Assembly: GCA_013265495.1 (NCBI GenBank)
Contig: MU057786.1
Location: forward strand, 186,001-250,000
Length of the DNA stretch: 64,000 bases
Direction: 5' to 3'
DNA from: Vicugna vicugna
Lineage: Eukaryota
The position numbers were made by a program, and so were the translations under genes. The notes beneath the pieces are model-generated. The model was not told where the DNA came from and ran no database searches. It worked only from the letters and a program-made list of their open reading frames with translations. How positions within the stretch are numbered: position 1 is the first letter of the stretch; each line of letters begins with the position of its first letter. Below, one piece after another: positions 22,681-35,080 of this stretch.

Positions 22681-24879
22681 CCGACTTTGGCTTCCAGGAG
22701 GCTTGCTCGTGGGAGCTCTTGGGACCCACACCTGGGCAAGGAAAGCAAAGGGACAGAGTCGGGCCCGGGCAGGGTTATAAGGCAAGGAGTGAGGTCATCC
22801 TAGGGGAAGGCTGTGCAGACACCCTGGGAGCCCTGGAGGTGAGGCGCAGTGACCCTTCAGAGGCGCTCTGCTGTTGTGTCGGGGGGCTGGACCCTCCATA
22901 CACCACGCTTCTCAGCCCTGGGTGGAGGGGGCAGCTGCTCCAGGAATGGGATGTGGCTTGGGAACAGGGTTTCTTCCCGGCTGGTGAAGAGCATCTGAAA
23001 GCAACATCCCAGGAACCTTTCTTTCACTCCTGAAGAGACGGTTGGGACACATCCCAATGTCCCTCACATGTGGCGTTGAAGGAGACCAGAAGAGGATCCT
23101 CAGCCCAGCCTCCCCGCCCCACCCCTGCTCCTTGTGGCTTCCTGGACCCAGCATGTTCTGTTCTTCTTGTTTTCTCTTCCTGGAATGCCTCTCTCCTCTG
23201 CATGGGAAGTTCTCAGCCATCCGTCACCTCAGCAGCCTCCCCTCCTGAGGCAGGAAGTCGATCTTGATTCCAGAAGGGTAGAGGGGGTTGGTGAAGGAGC
23301 CAGTTCAACCGTGAGTGTGGGGAAGGCCAGGGAAGCCAACTCCACGTGTCAGGCTGCCACTGGTTGGCTGCGTGTCCTCAGGGAAGTCACCCCCTCCCTG
23401 GGCTCTGGTTTTCCCATCTCTGAAGTGAATCATCTGGACCCAGCATGTTCTGACAACTGCAGGTGGCTCTGGTGTTGCAGGCCTGCCCTGAACTCCCCCA
23501 GGCTCCGTCTGGTCTGCCCCCAACAGTCAGTTTCTGCTCTCTGTGTCTTCCCTGTCGGACAAGATGGCCAGTGTCCTGGCGGTGGACCTATGTCTGATCC
23601 AGCTCTGCCCCCTGCACGGTGTCCAGTAAGATCCAGCAGTGACAATGGGCCTGATGCTCTCCTCTCCGGAGAAGAGGTGTCAGCCTGGTTTCCCCTGTTT
23701 TGTGCCAGCTGCGTGACCAGCGCTAGTGCATTTATGTCTCGGGACAACCTGTCTGCAGATGAGGAAACTGGGACTCAGAGGCTTTCAGCCCGGCCCCAGG
23801 GAACAGAGCTGGGATGGAAGTGACAGCCGGGTTGGGAACTCAGCTCTAGTGACCTACAATTCTGGGCTCTTTCTGTTCTTCCTCCTGTGCTGCCTGGCGG
23901 GGGTCACTAGTGGGATAGCCAGCACTGTATTGTCCCTGGCTGGTTCAGTGGGCACCTTGCCCACTTCACTGGGGGTGGAAGGGAAGGGGGCACCGCCTGG
24001 GCAGGCCAGCTCCAGAGCCACCCCCCACCCCAGCCGTCCATGCAACGGCTCGGGTTCAGCTGTGCAGTGACCTCCCTGGGTAGGAGGCCCTGCACGGTGG
24101 CTCTGAGTGTGCCTCCTGCCCCACTCAGAGGTGCGTAGCATGGGAGCCAGAGGCCAGGATGCCAAGTGGAAATTTGGGGAGGTGTTTAAAGAGGCCACAG
24201 TGCCCTGGGCAGCTGGAGAGGGGAGGAGAATGGAGTTTGTAGCACATCCCACAAGGACAAGCCCAGCCTGCAGCTTTGCACTGGTGACACTGATCACCTT
24301 CCAGACCCCATCTTCATGTCCTTGCCCTGCCACAGCCCTCCCCCACCTGCCCCACTGTCTACAGCAGAACCCTTGCCAGTCCTTCTGTGAAGGGTTGACT
24401 TTGGAGGAGGCTTGAGTTCAAGCCTTGCTTCTTACTTACTCAGTCCAGTTGGGGCTTTCTGGATTTGACCGTCTATCCTAGGGAGGTAAGACTTCTGCAG
24501 AGGGACGCTCAGTCTTCATGGCTTTGAGGGTCCAAGTTCATTCCCTGAATCCTGGGCCCTCATCCTCCTGCAGGCACCTGGCAGTAGGGGAGGCTCTGAG
24601 CCCAAAGACAGGTAAAGAGCTATGGGTGAGGGGCGACCTAGGGTCCTGGGGAGAGTTGTAAACAGAGCACAACCTCACACAGTGAGTCCCCCCAATCCAG
24701 TGATTCTTTGGCCCCCCAGGAATGGTGAGTCTGGGGGACCCACACAGGCAGCGGGTGTGCACAGGTGCACAGAGTTTGGGGCTCCCTCTTGACCCTGAGC
24801 CAGTTCTCAGAATGTGAGCGAATTACAGGGCATCTCTCCCAGTGGGAGCTGCAGGGCAGCCAACATCTGCACATAAAAA

Positions 24880-25800
24880 GGGTTCCTGAAATTTTCTGAT
24901 TGTAAAAGCACCACAGAAAAATTAGGACATACCACAAAGCACAAGAAAGTAGATAAATGTTGCTAGGAACCCAGCCATGCAGAGACGCAGTGTTCACATC
25001 TTCCAGCCTCTCACCTCGCAGACTTCCTCTCCACAAGGTTGAGCTTGGTTTTGTCTTCAACCTTAACACTTCTGTTTCTTTAAATGTCACAAATAATACA
25101 CACAAACTTCTCATTATGAAAGATTTAAGAAGTAATTATAAGAAATAAAAGTCTCATTTCCCTCCATAGAAGGAAAACTGAAATCAGGTTGCTCTGTCCT
25201 TCCAGAACTTTCTCTGTGTTTACATTTATATATACAGAAAATGGAATATGCAGTTCTGCTTTGTGTGTTTTGAATAATGCTGACTGCACATTTTACATCG
25301 CACTTTGCTTATTTCCACTCATCAGTATGTCTTGGTGAGCTTGCTGAGCTATTTCTTACAAATCCACCACCTTTTAAACAGAATCTCACGTCCTTCCCAG
25401 TAGAAATGTAGGTGATTTCCAATTTTTCACAATTGCAAGCCATATTGTGATTAAAATTCTTGTACATGCCTGTGAGTATTTATGTAGGTAGATTCCAAGA
25501 TGACACATGTGCTTGGCTGATCAGCACGCATAGTTAAATTTTTAAGTTGCTTCTGCCACATTGCCCTCTAGAAAGCTGAATCAATTTGCGCTCCCGCCCC
25601 CCTGTGTAAGAAGAGCACCTAGTCCCTCACATTCCTGCCAACACTTGATATTATCAGCCTTTTGCTTTTTGCCAATTTGGTGGCTAATAGGCAGTGCTTC
25701 ACTGTTATAATTTGTATTTCCCTCATTGCTAGGAGTCTTTTCATAGCACCTACATGACATGTGCCATTTTTGCAGATCTTCATTGTTAATAAAAATACTA
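24880..25800 (-). mobile_element. Ancient L1 (L1ME-like) 3' fragments
   Basis: 'ttccaatttttcacaatt..ttaaaattcttgtacatg..cattgccctc..cctgccaacacttgatattatcag..ttgccaatt..aatttgtatttccctcatt'. Confidence 0.65.
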
Positions 25801-26759
25801 TCATTTCAATTTATTTATCCAAATACCTCACTGTAAACACAGTTCATACAGGCACTCTCCTCTGATATAACACTTGATGAGTCCAACGATGAAACATTTG
25901 AAAGAGCAGGATATGGTGCCCTGGGACTCAGCCCTGCTGGTGATGGATTGATTGGTGCCCACTGATGTGCGTGCTGTTGTTCTTATGTAGATTTGCTGCA
26001 TGTGAACATTTTAAAGATGATTTTGCCAAAGGATGGGGTCTCTGGCAGTGGACTGAGTAACTGAGTATAGATACCTAGTGTATAACCAGGGTTACGGTGA
26101 GACCCTTGGAATCTCTGAGCACTGGAATTTTAGGCTGCCCTACCTCCATATCTAATTAAAATAAAACAGCCCAAATTGTATAGCAAAAACATAAGGATGT
26201 ACAACAATGATGTTAGTTTTCTCAGGATGACAAACTTTGATACAAAATTCTTTCTAAAAGGTGTTCTTTTGGGGCTATTGCTCTGCTGGTTGCCTGCTGG
26301 GTAACCTGGCACGTGCTTCATTCTTGCCTATGATTTAACCCGAGATGTGCCCACAGTCACAGCCCATACCTCCTATGTTACGGGTACCCATGGGGCTTTC
26401 AGCTCACTGATCACTGGAGCTTAGTATTGTCACTGGCTTGGTCCAGGAACGCTCCATCACTGCTCTTCCAATGGCCAGTCATCCTTCATATTCTTTTATG
26501 CCCTTTGGTGACTTTGTAGCCCTAGATTTTAATTTTCCTTTCATGGTCTATTTGAACTGCCTTCTGCTATTTCATTAATTGATTTTCCTCTAACTTCTCA
26601 GAGTTTGTCCATATGGTTGAGACCATTTTGCCTTCTTAAACCCTTCAAACGTTTGATTAAGTAAACGAATGCTTGGAAAATGAATGCAATTCTTATACAC
26701 AATCATTAGTTACTTGTCACACGCTGGTGTCAGCAGTTATAAATGAAAAGGTGTGCCTG

Positions 26760-27330
26760 TCACTGGATGCTTTGAATATATAGATTAATAAAGTGAGAGC
26801 TGTCATCTTCATATACTGATATTTACCATACAGGGACATAGTGTGTCTCTCCATTTATCTGGACTCTTTTAATGCTTTTGGTAAAGTTTTATATTTTCCT
26901 TCATATAGGTCTTGTACATTTCTTATTAGGTGTATCCCCAGGAATTTTATAGATTTTTTTCCCCCTAATATGAATGAGCTTTCTTTTGGATTACATTTTC
27001 TAATTGGGAGTGCTGGCACACATGAAAGCTATTGATTTTTGCATATTGATCTTATATGCAGGAGTTTTGCTGAACTCTTCTATAAGTTCTAATAGTTTAC
27101 TAGTTGTTTCTCTTGGAGGTTATAGGTAGACGCTCGTATTTTCTACAAATACTGCCATCCTTTGTCTCTTCCTTTTCAACATTTATCGTTATTTCTTTTT
27201 CAGGTGTTATCACATTGTCTAGGACAATGCTAAGTATTGATAGTGATAAAATATTCTAAAATTTCACGATTAAGTATGACGCAGGATGTAGGTTTCTAGG
27301 AGATGTCTTTTGCAGTTATTCTGTAGGTTA
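26760..27330 (-). mobile_element. Ancient L1 ORF2 fragment
   Basis: 'gtttta..ttttcttcatataggtcttgtacatt..attgatttttgcatattgatctta..ttgctgaactc..agttctaatagttt' (approximate reading). Confidence 0.75.
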
Positions 27331-27719
27331 TTGTAGAAGGTTACTGTAGTTCCCTTTCAATCCCTAGTTGATTAAGAGTTAGGAAGGGTTTTACCAAGAG
27401 TACTATTTTGGTCAAACCCAATAGGTGCCCCAATTCAAATTCATTTCTAAATAGCTTGGAAACTCTGTTGTCATGTTCTCTTCAGCCAGCAGCTAGGAAA
27501 AAGAACAGTTTAAGTTTCCTAAGTAGGTAGACTGGGGACAATTTCTTTTTATTGTTAATTCCTAAGCTGATTGCATTAGACTCAGTTAAGGTGCAATAAA
27601 TTTCTGAATAATTTCTCCTGTAGGATTTTACTGAATTTCCACTGTGGAGAGCTGAGTGTGCGTGGAAAAGATTGCTCTGTCTCTCGCGGGTGCCATGACA
27701 AGGGAACAGAAGAGGGGAG

Positions 27720-27935
27720 AGAGAAATGACTCTGGGGCCAGCGTGTGGACTTGAGTCCTAGCCCACCTCCTGCTGCCTGCATGATGGTGGCAAGTGGCTG
27801 GACACCAGTTTTCTCATGTGTAAAATGGTCACCATAATAGTACCTACATTACAGCATGTGTAAGAATTAAACTACTTAATATATGCAAAACTTTAAAACA
27901 AAACCTGAAACATAATTCAAGTACTTAATAAGATA
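27720..27935 (+). mobile_element. MIR SINE
   Basis: 'cagttttctcatgtgtaaaatgg..ataatagtacctac..agaattaaa..taatatatg'. Confidence 0.75.
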
Positions 27936-28293
27936 CATATTGGGTACATTCACAGGTGAAATGTGCATATCTCCCCTATTATTATGTTTTGCCTACTGAA
28001 TATGAAATAAAAATGTTAAGTCACCTTTATGGCTGGATTTGTCAGTTTCCTCTTCCATTATTGTCAGCTTTGCTTTCTCTATTTTGAAGTTGTGTTGTGA
28101 AGGTCACAACCTGCCATGACTGTTATATTTGTGGTGTGGCTTGTTATCTTTTATGACTACAAATTTTCCCTGTCTTTTCCTTTGAGTGCTTTGCACCTTG
28201 GATTCTATTTTGTCTGGTAAACACCTTCTTTTTCTGGATTATCTTTTCGTATTGCCTTATCTTTCGTATTGCCTTTCTCATCCTATTATTTTT

Positions 28294-28386
28294 TAAATTA
28301 ATTAATTATTTTTAATGGAGGGATTGAACCCAGAACCTCGAGCTTGCAAAGCATACGTTCTACCACTGAGCTATACCCACCACCCC
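28294..28386 (-). mobile_element. tRNA-derived camelid SINE (Vic-1-like)
   Basis: Reverse strand reads GGGTATAGCTCAGTGGTAGAACG..GAGGTTCTGGGTTCAATCC..CCATTAAAA (Pol III A and B boxes). Perfect 15-bp TSD CATCCTATTATTTTT at 28279-28293 and 28387-28401, at a TT/AAAA site. Confidence 0.9.
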
Positions 28387-28686
28387 CATCCTATTATTTT
28401 TAACCTTCCTGGGTGTTTATCTTTATAACTTTTATTTATTTTATTTTATTTTTTTATCTTTGTAACTTTTAGTAAAAAATTAAAAAGAAATCTACTCCAT
28501 TTATTGATGTATTTATAAGGGAAAATTAATCTAATTACATTGAATGACATTGCTGATACGCTGGGATGTTTTTCTTGGCATTTTACTGTTTCTCATTTGC
28601 TCTGCTTTCTTGTACAGTTTTTCCCCTTTTCTGCCTTTTGTCGTGTTAGTTGGGTTTTTCTTTGTCCCAGTTTTTGTTCCTTAAAG

Positions 28687-28868
28687 CAATGTTCTCAGTG
28701 GCTGCTGCCATTTTGGGCAAGACTGTCCCTTGGGATGTGGCACTCTCCCCTCCATTGTTGGACGTTTAGCATTCTTGTTCCTGGGCACTAAATTACAGTA
28801 GAGTCCTGCCCATCACTGTGACAACCAAAAATGTCCCCTTCTTTCTGTTCCTGGTGGAGAACCATCTT
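28687..28868. mobile_element. MER20 (hAT) fragment
   Basis: 'gttctca..ccattttgggc..cattgttggacgtttagca..tgtgacaaccaaaaatgtc..ggtggagaacca'. Confidence 0.75.
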
Positions 28869-29117
28869 CAAAGGCTTCAAAGAATATATTTTTGTCTTCT
28901 AGTGATTACTTATATCTTAAAGATATACTTAGGTTCATATTTGTCTTTCTTCCTATAATCACTGTTTCCTCTGTCTCCTGGGACGAGTCAAGAACCGTAA
29001 CATGCCTTAACTGCTTCCACACCCAAATCTTATCACCACTCAAGATGAGGCCACCTGGAATTTTACTACTTAATGATAACCCATAGATGATTCTAACATA
29101 AATTAAAAGTTTTTCTC

Positions 29118-30516
29118 CAGTTTTCCCAACACCATTTGCTGAAGAGACTGTCTTTATTCCATTGTATATTCTTGCCTCCTTTGTCGAAGATGAGTTGACC
29201 AAAAGTTTGTGGGTTCATTTCTGGGCTCTCTATTCTGTTCCATTGGTCCATATATCTGTTTTTGTACCAATGTCATGCTGTCTTGATTACTGTAGCTCTA
29301 TAGTATTGTCTGAAGTCTGGGAGAGTTATTCCTCCAGCCTCTTTCTTTTTCTTCAGTAATGCTTTGGCAATTCTAGGTCTTTTGTGGTTTCATATAAATT
29401 TTATTGTGATTTGTTCTAGTTCTGTGAAATATGTCCTGGGTAATTTGATAGGGATTGCATTGAATCTGTAGATTGCTTTGGGCAGTATGACCATTTTAAC
29501 AATATTGATTCTTCCCATGTAAATCAATGAAGCTAGAACACTCCCTTACACCATACACAAAAATAAACAGATCAAAGACCATAAGACAAGATACAATAAA
29601 CCTCCTAGAAGAAAACATAGGCAAAACATTTTACATACATCTCAAAAATGTTCTCCTAGGGCAAGTCTACCCAAGGAATAAAAATAAAAGCAAGAATAAA
29701 CAAATGGGGCCTAATTAAACTTACAAGCTTCTGCACAGCAAAGGAACCCATAAACAAAACAAAATGACAACCTATGGAAAGGGAGAAAAGTTTTGCAAAA
29801 GATGAAACTGACAAAGGCTTGATCTCCAGAACATATAAGCAGCTCATATGACTTAATAAGGAAAAAAAAAATCCAAAAATGGGCAGAAGGCCTAAACAAG
29901 CAATTTTCCAAGGAAGAAATACAAATGATCAATAGGCACATGAAAAAATGCTCAGTATCACTAATTATCAGAGAAATGCAAATCAAAACTACAATGAGGT
30001 ATTTATAATAGCCAAGACATGGAAACAGCCTAAATGTACATCGACAGATGCCTGGATAAAGAAGGTGTGGTATATTTATACAACGGAATACTATTCAGTC
30101 ATAAAAACGACAACATAACGCCATTTGCAGCAACATGGATGTCCCTGCAGAATGTCATTCTAAGTGAAGTAAGCCAGAAAGAGAATAGAAAAATACCATA
30201 TGAGATTTCTTATGTGTGGAATCTAAAAAAAAAAAAAGAATTTAAATACAAAACAGAAACAGACTCATAGACATAGAATACAAACTTGTGGTTGCCAAGG
30301 GGGCGGAGGGTGGGAAAGGGTAGACAGGATTTCAAAATTGTAGAATAGATAAACAAGATTATACTGTGTAGCACAGGGAAATATATACGAGGTCTTATGG
30401 TAGCTCACAGTGAAAAAGAATGCGACAATGAATATATGTATGTTCATGTATAACTGAAAAATTGTGCTCTACACTGGAAATTGACACAACATTGTAGACT
30501 GACTATAACTCAAAAA
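29118..30516 (+). mobile_element. Young camelid-type L1, 5'-truncated and 5'-inverted
   Basis: Antisense ORF2 at 29118 to about 29516, then sense ORF2 end, 3' UTR and poly(A) from about 29516 to 30516. 13-bp TSD AAAAGTTTTTCTC at 29105-29117 and 30517-30529; the left copy is preceded by TT. Confidence 0.95.
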
Positions 30517-30579
30517 AAAAGTTTTTCTCACTGCTGTTTTTGTATTCCATATCTTGTTCTTGGATTCATTTTCTGTGGC

Positions 30580-30792
30580 TGTTGTTGAGGTAAAATTCAC
30601 CCAACATCAGCTTCATGATTTTAACCATTTTAAAGTGTACAATTCAGTGACTTGTATTACATTCAAAATGTTGTACAACCATCACCACTGTCTAATTCCA
30701 GAACATTTTCATCACCCCAGAAAGAAACTCGGTACCCACTATGAGTGTTCACTCCCTAGTATCCCCTTTCTGCCCCTGCCCCCAGCCTCTGG
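30580..30792 (-). mobile_element. L1MB-like 3' end
   Basis: 'ttgaggtaaaattcac..accattttaaagtgtacaattcagtg..aattccagaacattttcatcacccca..ccccagcctctgg'. Confidence 0.8.
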
Positions 30793-32764
30793 GGGAGCCA
30801 CTTACTCATCTGTTTCCTGTTGGATTCATTTTTGTGGTGGCTGGAGCACACCATTTGGTAGTTCTTTCCAAGAAGGTATGTGGAGGATGAACTTTTTGTG
30901 TCCTCACATTATCTGAAATTGCCTATTTCCTTCCCAAAGGGTGAGTAGAGAATTCAAGGTTTATACCATTTGCACCTACGCACATCTGAGACACTGTTTC
31001 ATTGACTTGTGCGCATCTGATGTTCTCATAACCGTAAGGTCTAAGTCTTACATAGCGGGCGCTCTGTGCCAGGGCTTTACGAATGCCAAGCCGCCTAACT
31101 CAGATGTCAACCCCTGTGAGGTAGGTACTGTTCTTCACACAACAGATGAGAAAGTGTGGCAGAGGGAGGGGGGCCCTCCATCTAGGAAAGGGGGACTGAG
31201 GTTCACAACCCCGCCGCCTGGCTCTCAAGTCTACATCAGTCGCTCTGACTCCTGTTTCTCTGTACACTGTAGTCTGTGTCGTTTTTCCCCTGGAAGAATT
31301 TGGCACTTTTTCTTTTTCCCTTGGGTTCTTAAATTTCCCCACTCTGTGCCTAAATATTGTCTTTATACATAATCCTCCTTTGCGTGTGGTGAGTTCTTTC
31401 CATCCGAGGACTTGTGTCTTTCCGGATTTAGTTCTTTTACTAATTTCCTGTATTCTCTCAGACAGAGCTCTTTGGAACTCCTTTTAGATGGTGTTTGGAG
31501 TTTATATCCTCCATTTCCTTTTATTGACTTTATCCTTTCTGTCCCTGGGTTTTTGTGCCACCACTGGGGAGGATTCCTGTCTCTGTCTCCAGGTCCCTCA
31601 GTCACTCTTCATCAGCTCCAGGCTGCTCTTGAACCCCTTTTCCTACTTTAGCAGTGAAGTCTTCGCTTTCCAGATTGAGTTCATTCTTTTTTTTTAAATG
31701 GATGCAGTAGCCCCTGAGACCCACCGCTCTGAAGGTTCTTGTTCTAAAATGTCACTCTCTTTGTCCTGGTACCTCTCTGTCATTAGGTTTAGTTCTTGTT
31801 ACTGATGAGTTTGGTGGCCCTCTTTCAATGTATGTATCTTCTTAAATGTAGGGGGAGCAATTCTGGGTTTTGTACTTATCTTTATGTTTGAAATTTCCCA
31901 CTGTCCTGTCTGTGGGGCTGTACCAGCCCCCAGCAATGGCTGAGTTGGGTCCCTGGGCTGCTGTATCAGTGGCACCAGATTCTAGTGTCTGGGGATCTGG
32001 GGATTCCACTTTCCTTTTGGGTGTTGGACTTTAGGACTGCCTGCTCCCTGGGAATCAAGTAGTCCTATTCCTAGCTCCTGTGGGCCGTTCACTGCTTAGT
32101 GTTATGGGGAAGGGACGCCTGGATGCCTCTCCCAAGGTCCTATCATCAGCCACCCTCACGTTTGATCTGGGGCTCCCTCTGTGTCCCCATTTCCTTGGTT
32201 ACCTGCTGGAAGCTGCCACCTTCCTGGCAGCCCTTTCCTGGGTGTGCTTTAGGCGATGGTACCTTTTCCAACCTGAACCCATCAGCCTTCTACCCTTCAG
32301 GGATTCCTCATGATTTCTATTCCGAAAGACAGCATTCTGTCCTTGTTTTCTAGCACTGAAACGGAGTTTTAGAAATTATTTACTTTTTATGTCACTTTAA
32401 GGGTTTTGTGCTGGGAAGCAGAGGCTGACTGTGTCCTTAGACCAACATTTGGATCCAATCTCTATTTGTTTTTTTATGGATGACTGCGTTCCAAGAGGAC
32501 CTTACCACATTGCATACCTTTGCATGTAATTACTGTGATATGGTAATCATTTCCTGGATCATTAAAAATCCCTTGTAATCACTATTTTAATGACTGCATA
32601 ATACTTCTCCTAGTGGTATACCTTAATTGACTTAACCATTTCTCTTTTCTTCCCAATATTTTACTATAATCAAAAGTGCTGCAGTGAACCTCTTGCACCT
32701 GAAACTTTGTCCACCATTGAGACTATTTTCCTAAGGTTATACGTGTATGTATGATTATTGTGTG

Positions 32765-33078
32765 CATAACAGATTTTATCATTTTAACCATCTTTAAGTG
32801 TACAGTTCAGTGCCATCAGGTACACTCACTGTGTTGTACAGCTATCACCAGCGTCCATCTGCGGAACTTTTTTTTTCATCATCTTAAACCGAAACTCCTT
32901 ACCCAGTAAACAGTTGCCCATCCCCCCTCCCCCAGCCCCTGGCAACCACCATCCTACTTTCTGTCTCTGTGAATTCGACTACTCCTGGTACCTCATCCAA
33001 GTGGAGTCATAGAGTAATTGTCCTTTTGTGACTGGCTTATTCATTTAGCATACTGTTTTCAAAGTTCATCCGTATTGT
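32765..33078 (-). mobile_element. L1MB-like 3' end
   Basis: 'taagtgtacagttcagtg..ccccagcccctggcaaccaccatcctactttctgtctctgtgaatt..gactggcttatt..tagcata'. Confidence 0.85.
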
Positions 33079-33521
33079 CAATGTGTGTTTTAAAATGCCC
33101 CGTCTGTCCCCCTTCCTTCCCGAGCCCCTTTCCCCGGCGCCCCCAAGTTCGGGAATCCACAGCGCTCTCTCAGGAGGTGGCCCGGGTGTCTCCCATCTCA
33201 CTTCATTCCTGTGCAGAAGGGCTTTTCCCGGAGACTCTGCCATCCCCCTTTGGTGAGTGATTCATCTCAGAGCCAAATGAAATGGAATTTCATTCCCAGC
33301 AGGGCCAGTCCAAAAGTTTGTGCTCATAAACTCGCTTTACAGTAATCTGTACATTGAGTTTTCGCACACTTCTGGCTCTGTTTCTCCCGCCTCTGCCAGA
33401 TGCCCTGCTGCGATGGGCCGAGGAGCCCAGGTCTGAGGGGAGGCCCCTCTGTGCCTGTGGGGTGGGGGATGGGGGTGACAGCGAGAGGGTCCAGTTTAAA
33501 AAAAAAATTGGGCTTGCATTT

Positions 33522-33602
33522 TTATTACCTGATTATTATTCAGTATTACTTGATTATTACTTACTCAATTATTACTTGATGATTTCTTGATTACTTATTA
33601 CT
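33522..33602. repeat. Low-complexity (TTATTACTTGA)-like repeat
   Basis: ttattacctgattattattcagtattacttgattattacttactcaattattacttga seen directly. Confidence 0.7.
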
Positions 33603-33996
33603 GTTGGTGCTGTCACCAAGGAAGCAAGGGGGCTCCTGATACATTTGCTTCTCCCTGCAGTTCATGCTTTAGTATCTGACCCTAGGAGGCTATTTGATAG
33701 AGTACAGAGGCCCAGTGCAGGGGCTCCCACCTCCCAGATTATCTCAGGGAACCTCTGAGGGAGCTGTTACCATGGCCATTTTATAGATGGGTACACGGAG
33801 GCTCATTGCCCAGTGTCACACCTTAAGTTCGTTCCTCGTGGTACATTGGGTGCTTTATCTGTGGGAGGGAGGGAGAGGTGAGGGCTTTCAGAGGTCCCCT
33901 GGGCCTGGAGTGGGTGGAGTGAGTGAGAGAGGCGGGGAGATCCCCATCACCCTTCTCACGCACTCCTGCTGCTCCCCCCCTGGGGCTCCTCCCTCC

Positions 33997-34075
33997 NNNN
34001 NNNNNNNNNNNNNNNNNNNNNNNNNNNNNNNNNNNNNNNNNNNNNNNNNNNNNNNNNNNNNNNNNNNNNNNNNNN
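33997..34075. other. Assembly gap (79 N)
   Basis: Run of N. Confidence 1.
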
Positions 34076-34309
34076 CCCCTGGGGAGTGTGTGGGGCACGT
34101 CAGCAAGACGGTGGTAGACAGAGTCTTTGCAGGCTCCTGGAGGCAGCAGGCTGGAGCTCCAGTTTGGATTCTTGGCCCTGCACTCCTAGATGAGCGACCT
34201 GGAATCACGTTCTTCACCTCTCTAACCTTGGTTTCTGTTGCTGTGTCACCCCGAGGGGTGTGGAGAAGTGTTTGTAAGGGTGATGTGTCAGTCTAGTCTC
34301 TGTGCTTCT

Positions 34310-35080
34310 CTTCCCAGCACAGCTGTCGGAGTGAGTCTTATAAAACAAAGGTAGAGGTACTGCTCAGGGGTAAAGCGTGTGCTTAGCGTAAGTGAGGTCC
34401 TGGGTTCACTCCCCAGTCCTTCCATTAAATACATACATACATACATACATACCTAATAACCCCCCCCCAAAAAGGGAAAAAAAACAGAAAAACAAGAAAC
34501 AAACCCCAAAGGTAGATCATGGCACTCTTCTGCCTATGACCTGCCATGGCTCCCCATTTCTCTTAGGGTTGAAGCCTATCAGGCCCCTCGTGATCTGGTG
34601 CTGTTACCTCTTGGGTCTCACCTCCTCCCTTTCTCCCTGCACGCCCTCTGCTCCAGCCACACTGGCCTCCTCCTGCTCCCTGAGTACCCCAGGCGTGGTT
34701 CAGCCTCAGGGGCTTTGCACTCCCTGTCCCCTCTGTGTGGAGTCCTCTAAGACGTCCACATGGCTTCCTCTCCCACCTTCTCAGAGCACTTGTTCATGTG
34801 TCACCCCAGTGAGACCTACCTTAACCCCTATTTTAAGTTAAAGCCCACTGCCCAATCCTGAGTTCGCTTCCCCACTTTTCCCACAGCATCACCTGTAACC
34901 CACTATATGCTCTGTGCGTACATATTCACTTTTTTTAAAAAATATATATGTTTTCTTTTGCTGGAGTACAAACTTCATGAGGATAGCGTTCTAAACCTGT
35001 TTGTTCTCGGATGAATCCCAAGTGCTTGTTACACTTGAGTAGGTGCTCAGCTGTATGAATGAGTGAGTGAGTGAGTGAGT
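34310..35080 (+). mobile_element. L2 LINE 3' fragment, interrupted by a SINE
   Basis: 'agatcatggcactc..catggctcccca..ctctgctccagccacactggcctcc..cctcaggggctttgcac..gtaggtgctca..tgaatgagtgagtg'. Confidence 0.8.
34356..34506 (+). mobile_element. tRNA-derived camelid SINE (Vic-1-like)
   Basis: GGTACTGCTCAGGGGTAAAGCGTGTGCTTAGC..GAGGTCCTGGGTTCACTCCCCAGT..CCATTAAAT, then (ACAT)n and an A-rich tail. TSD CAAAGGTAGA at 34346-34355 and 34507-34516. Confidence 0.9.

Noticed and set aside
25874..25895. Hammerhead-ribozyme-like core TTGATGA-GTC-CAAC-GAT-GAAAC
   Set aside because: The conserved C3 is a T, stem II is only 3 bp with a wobble, and I could not find compatible stem I and stem III pairings around an NUH site.
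25800..26760. Unassigned AT-rich segment between L1 blocks, possibly a decayed DNA transposon
   Set aside because: I could not identify terminal inverted repeats, a TSD or a convincing transposase frame. A Dfam search is needed.
28320..28380. tRNA-like sequence with A and B boxes (also 34356-34430)
   Set aside because: These are SINE heads with AT-rich tails and TSDs. They lack a complete cloverleaf, so they are not tRNA genes.
33787..34296. ORFs spanning the 79-N gap
   Set aside because: The frames stay open only because of the N bases.
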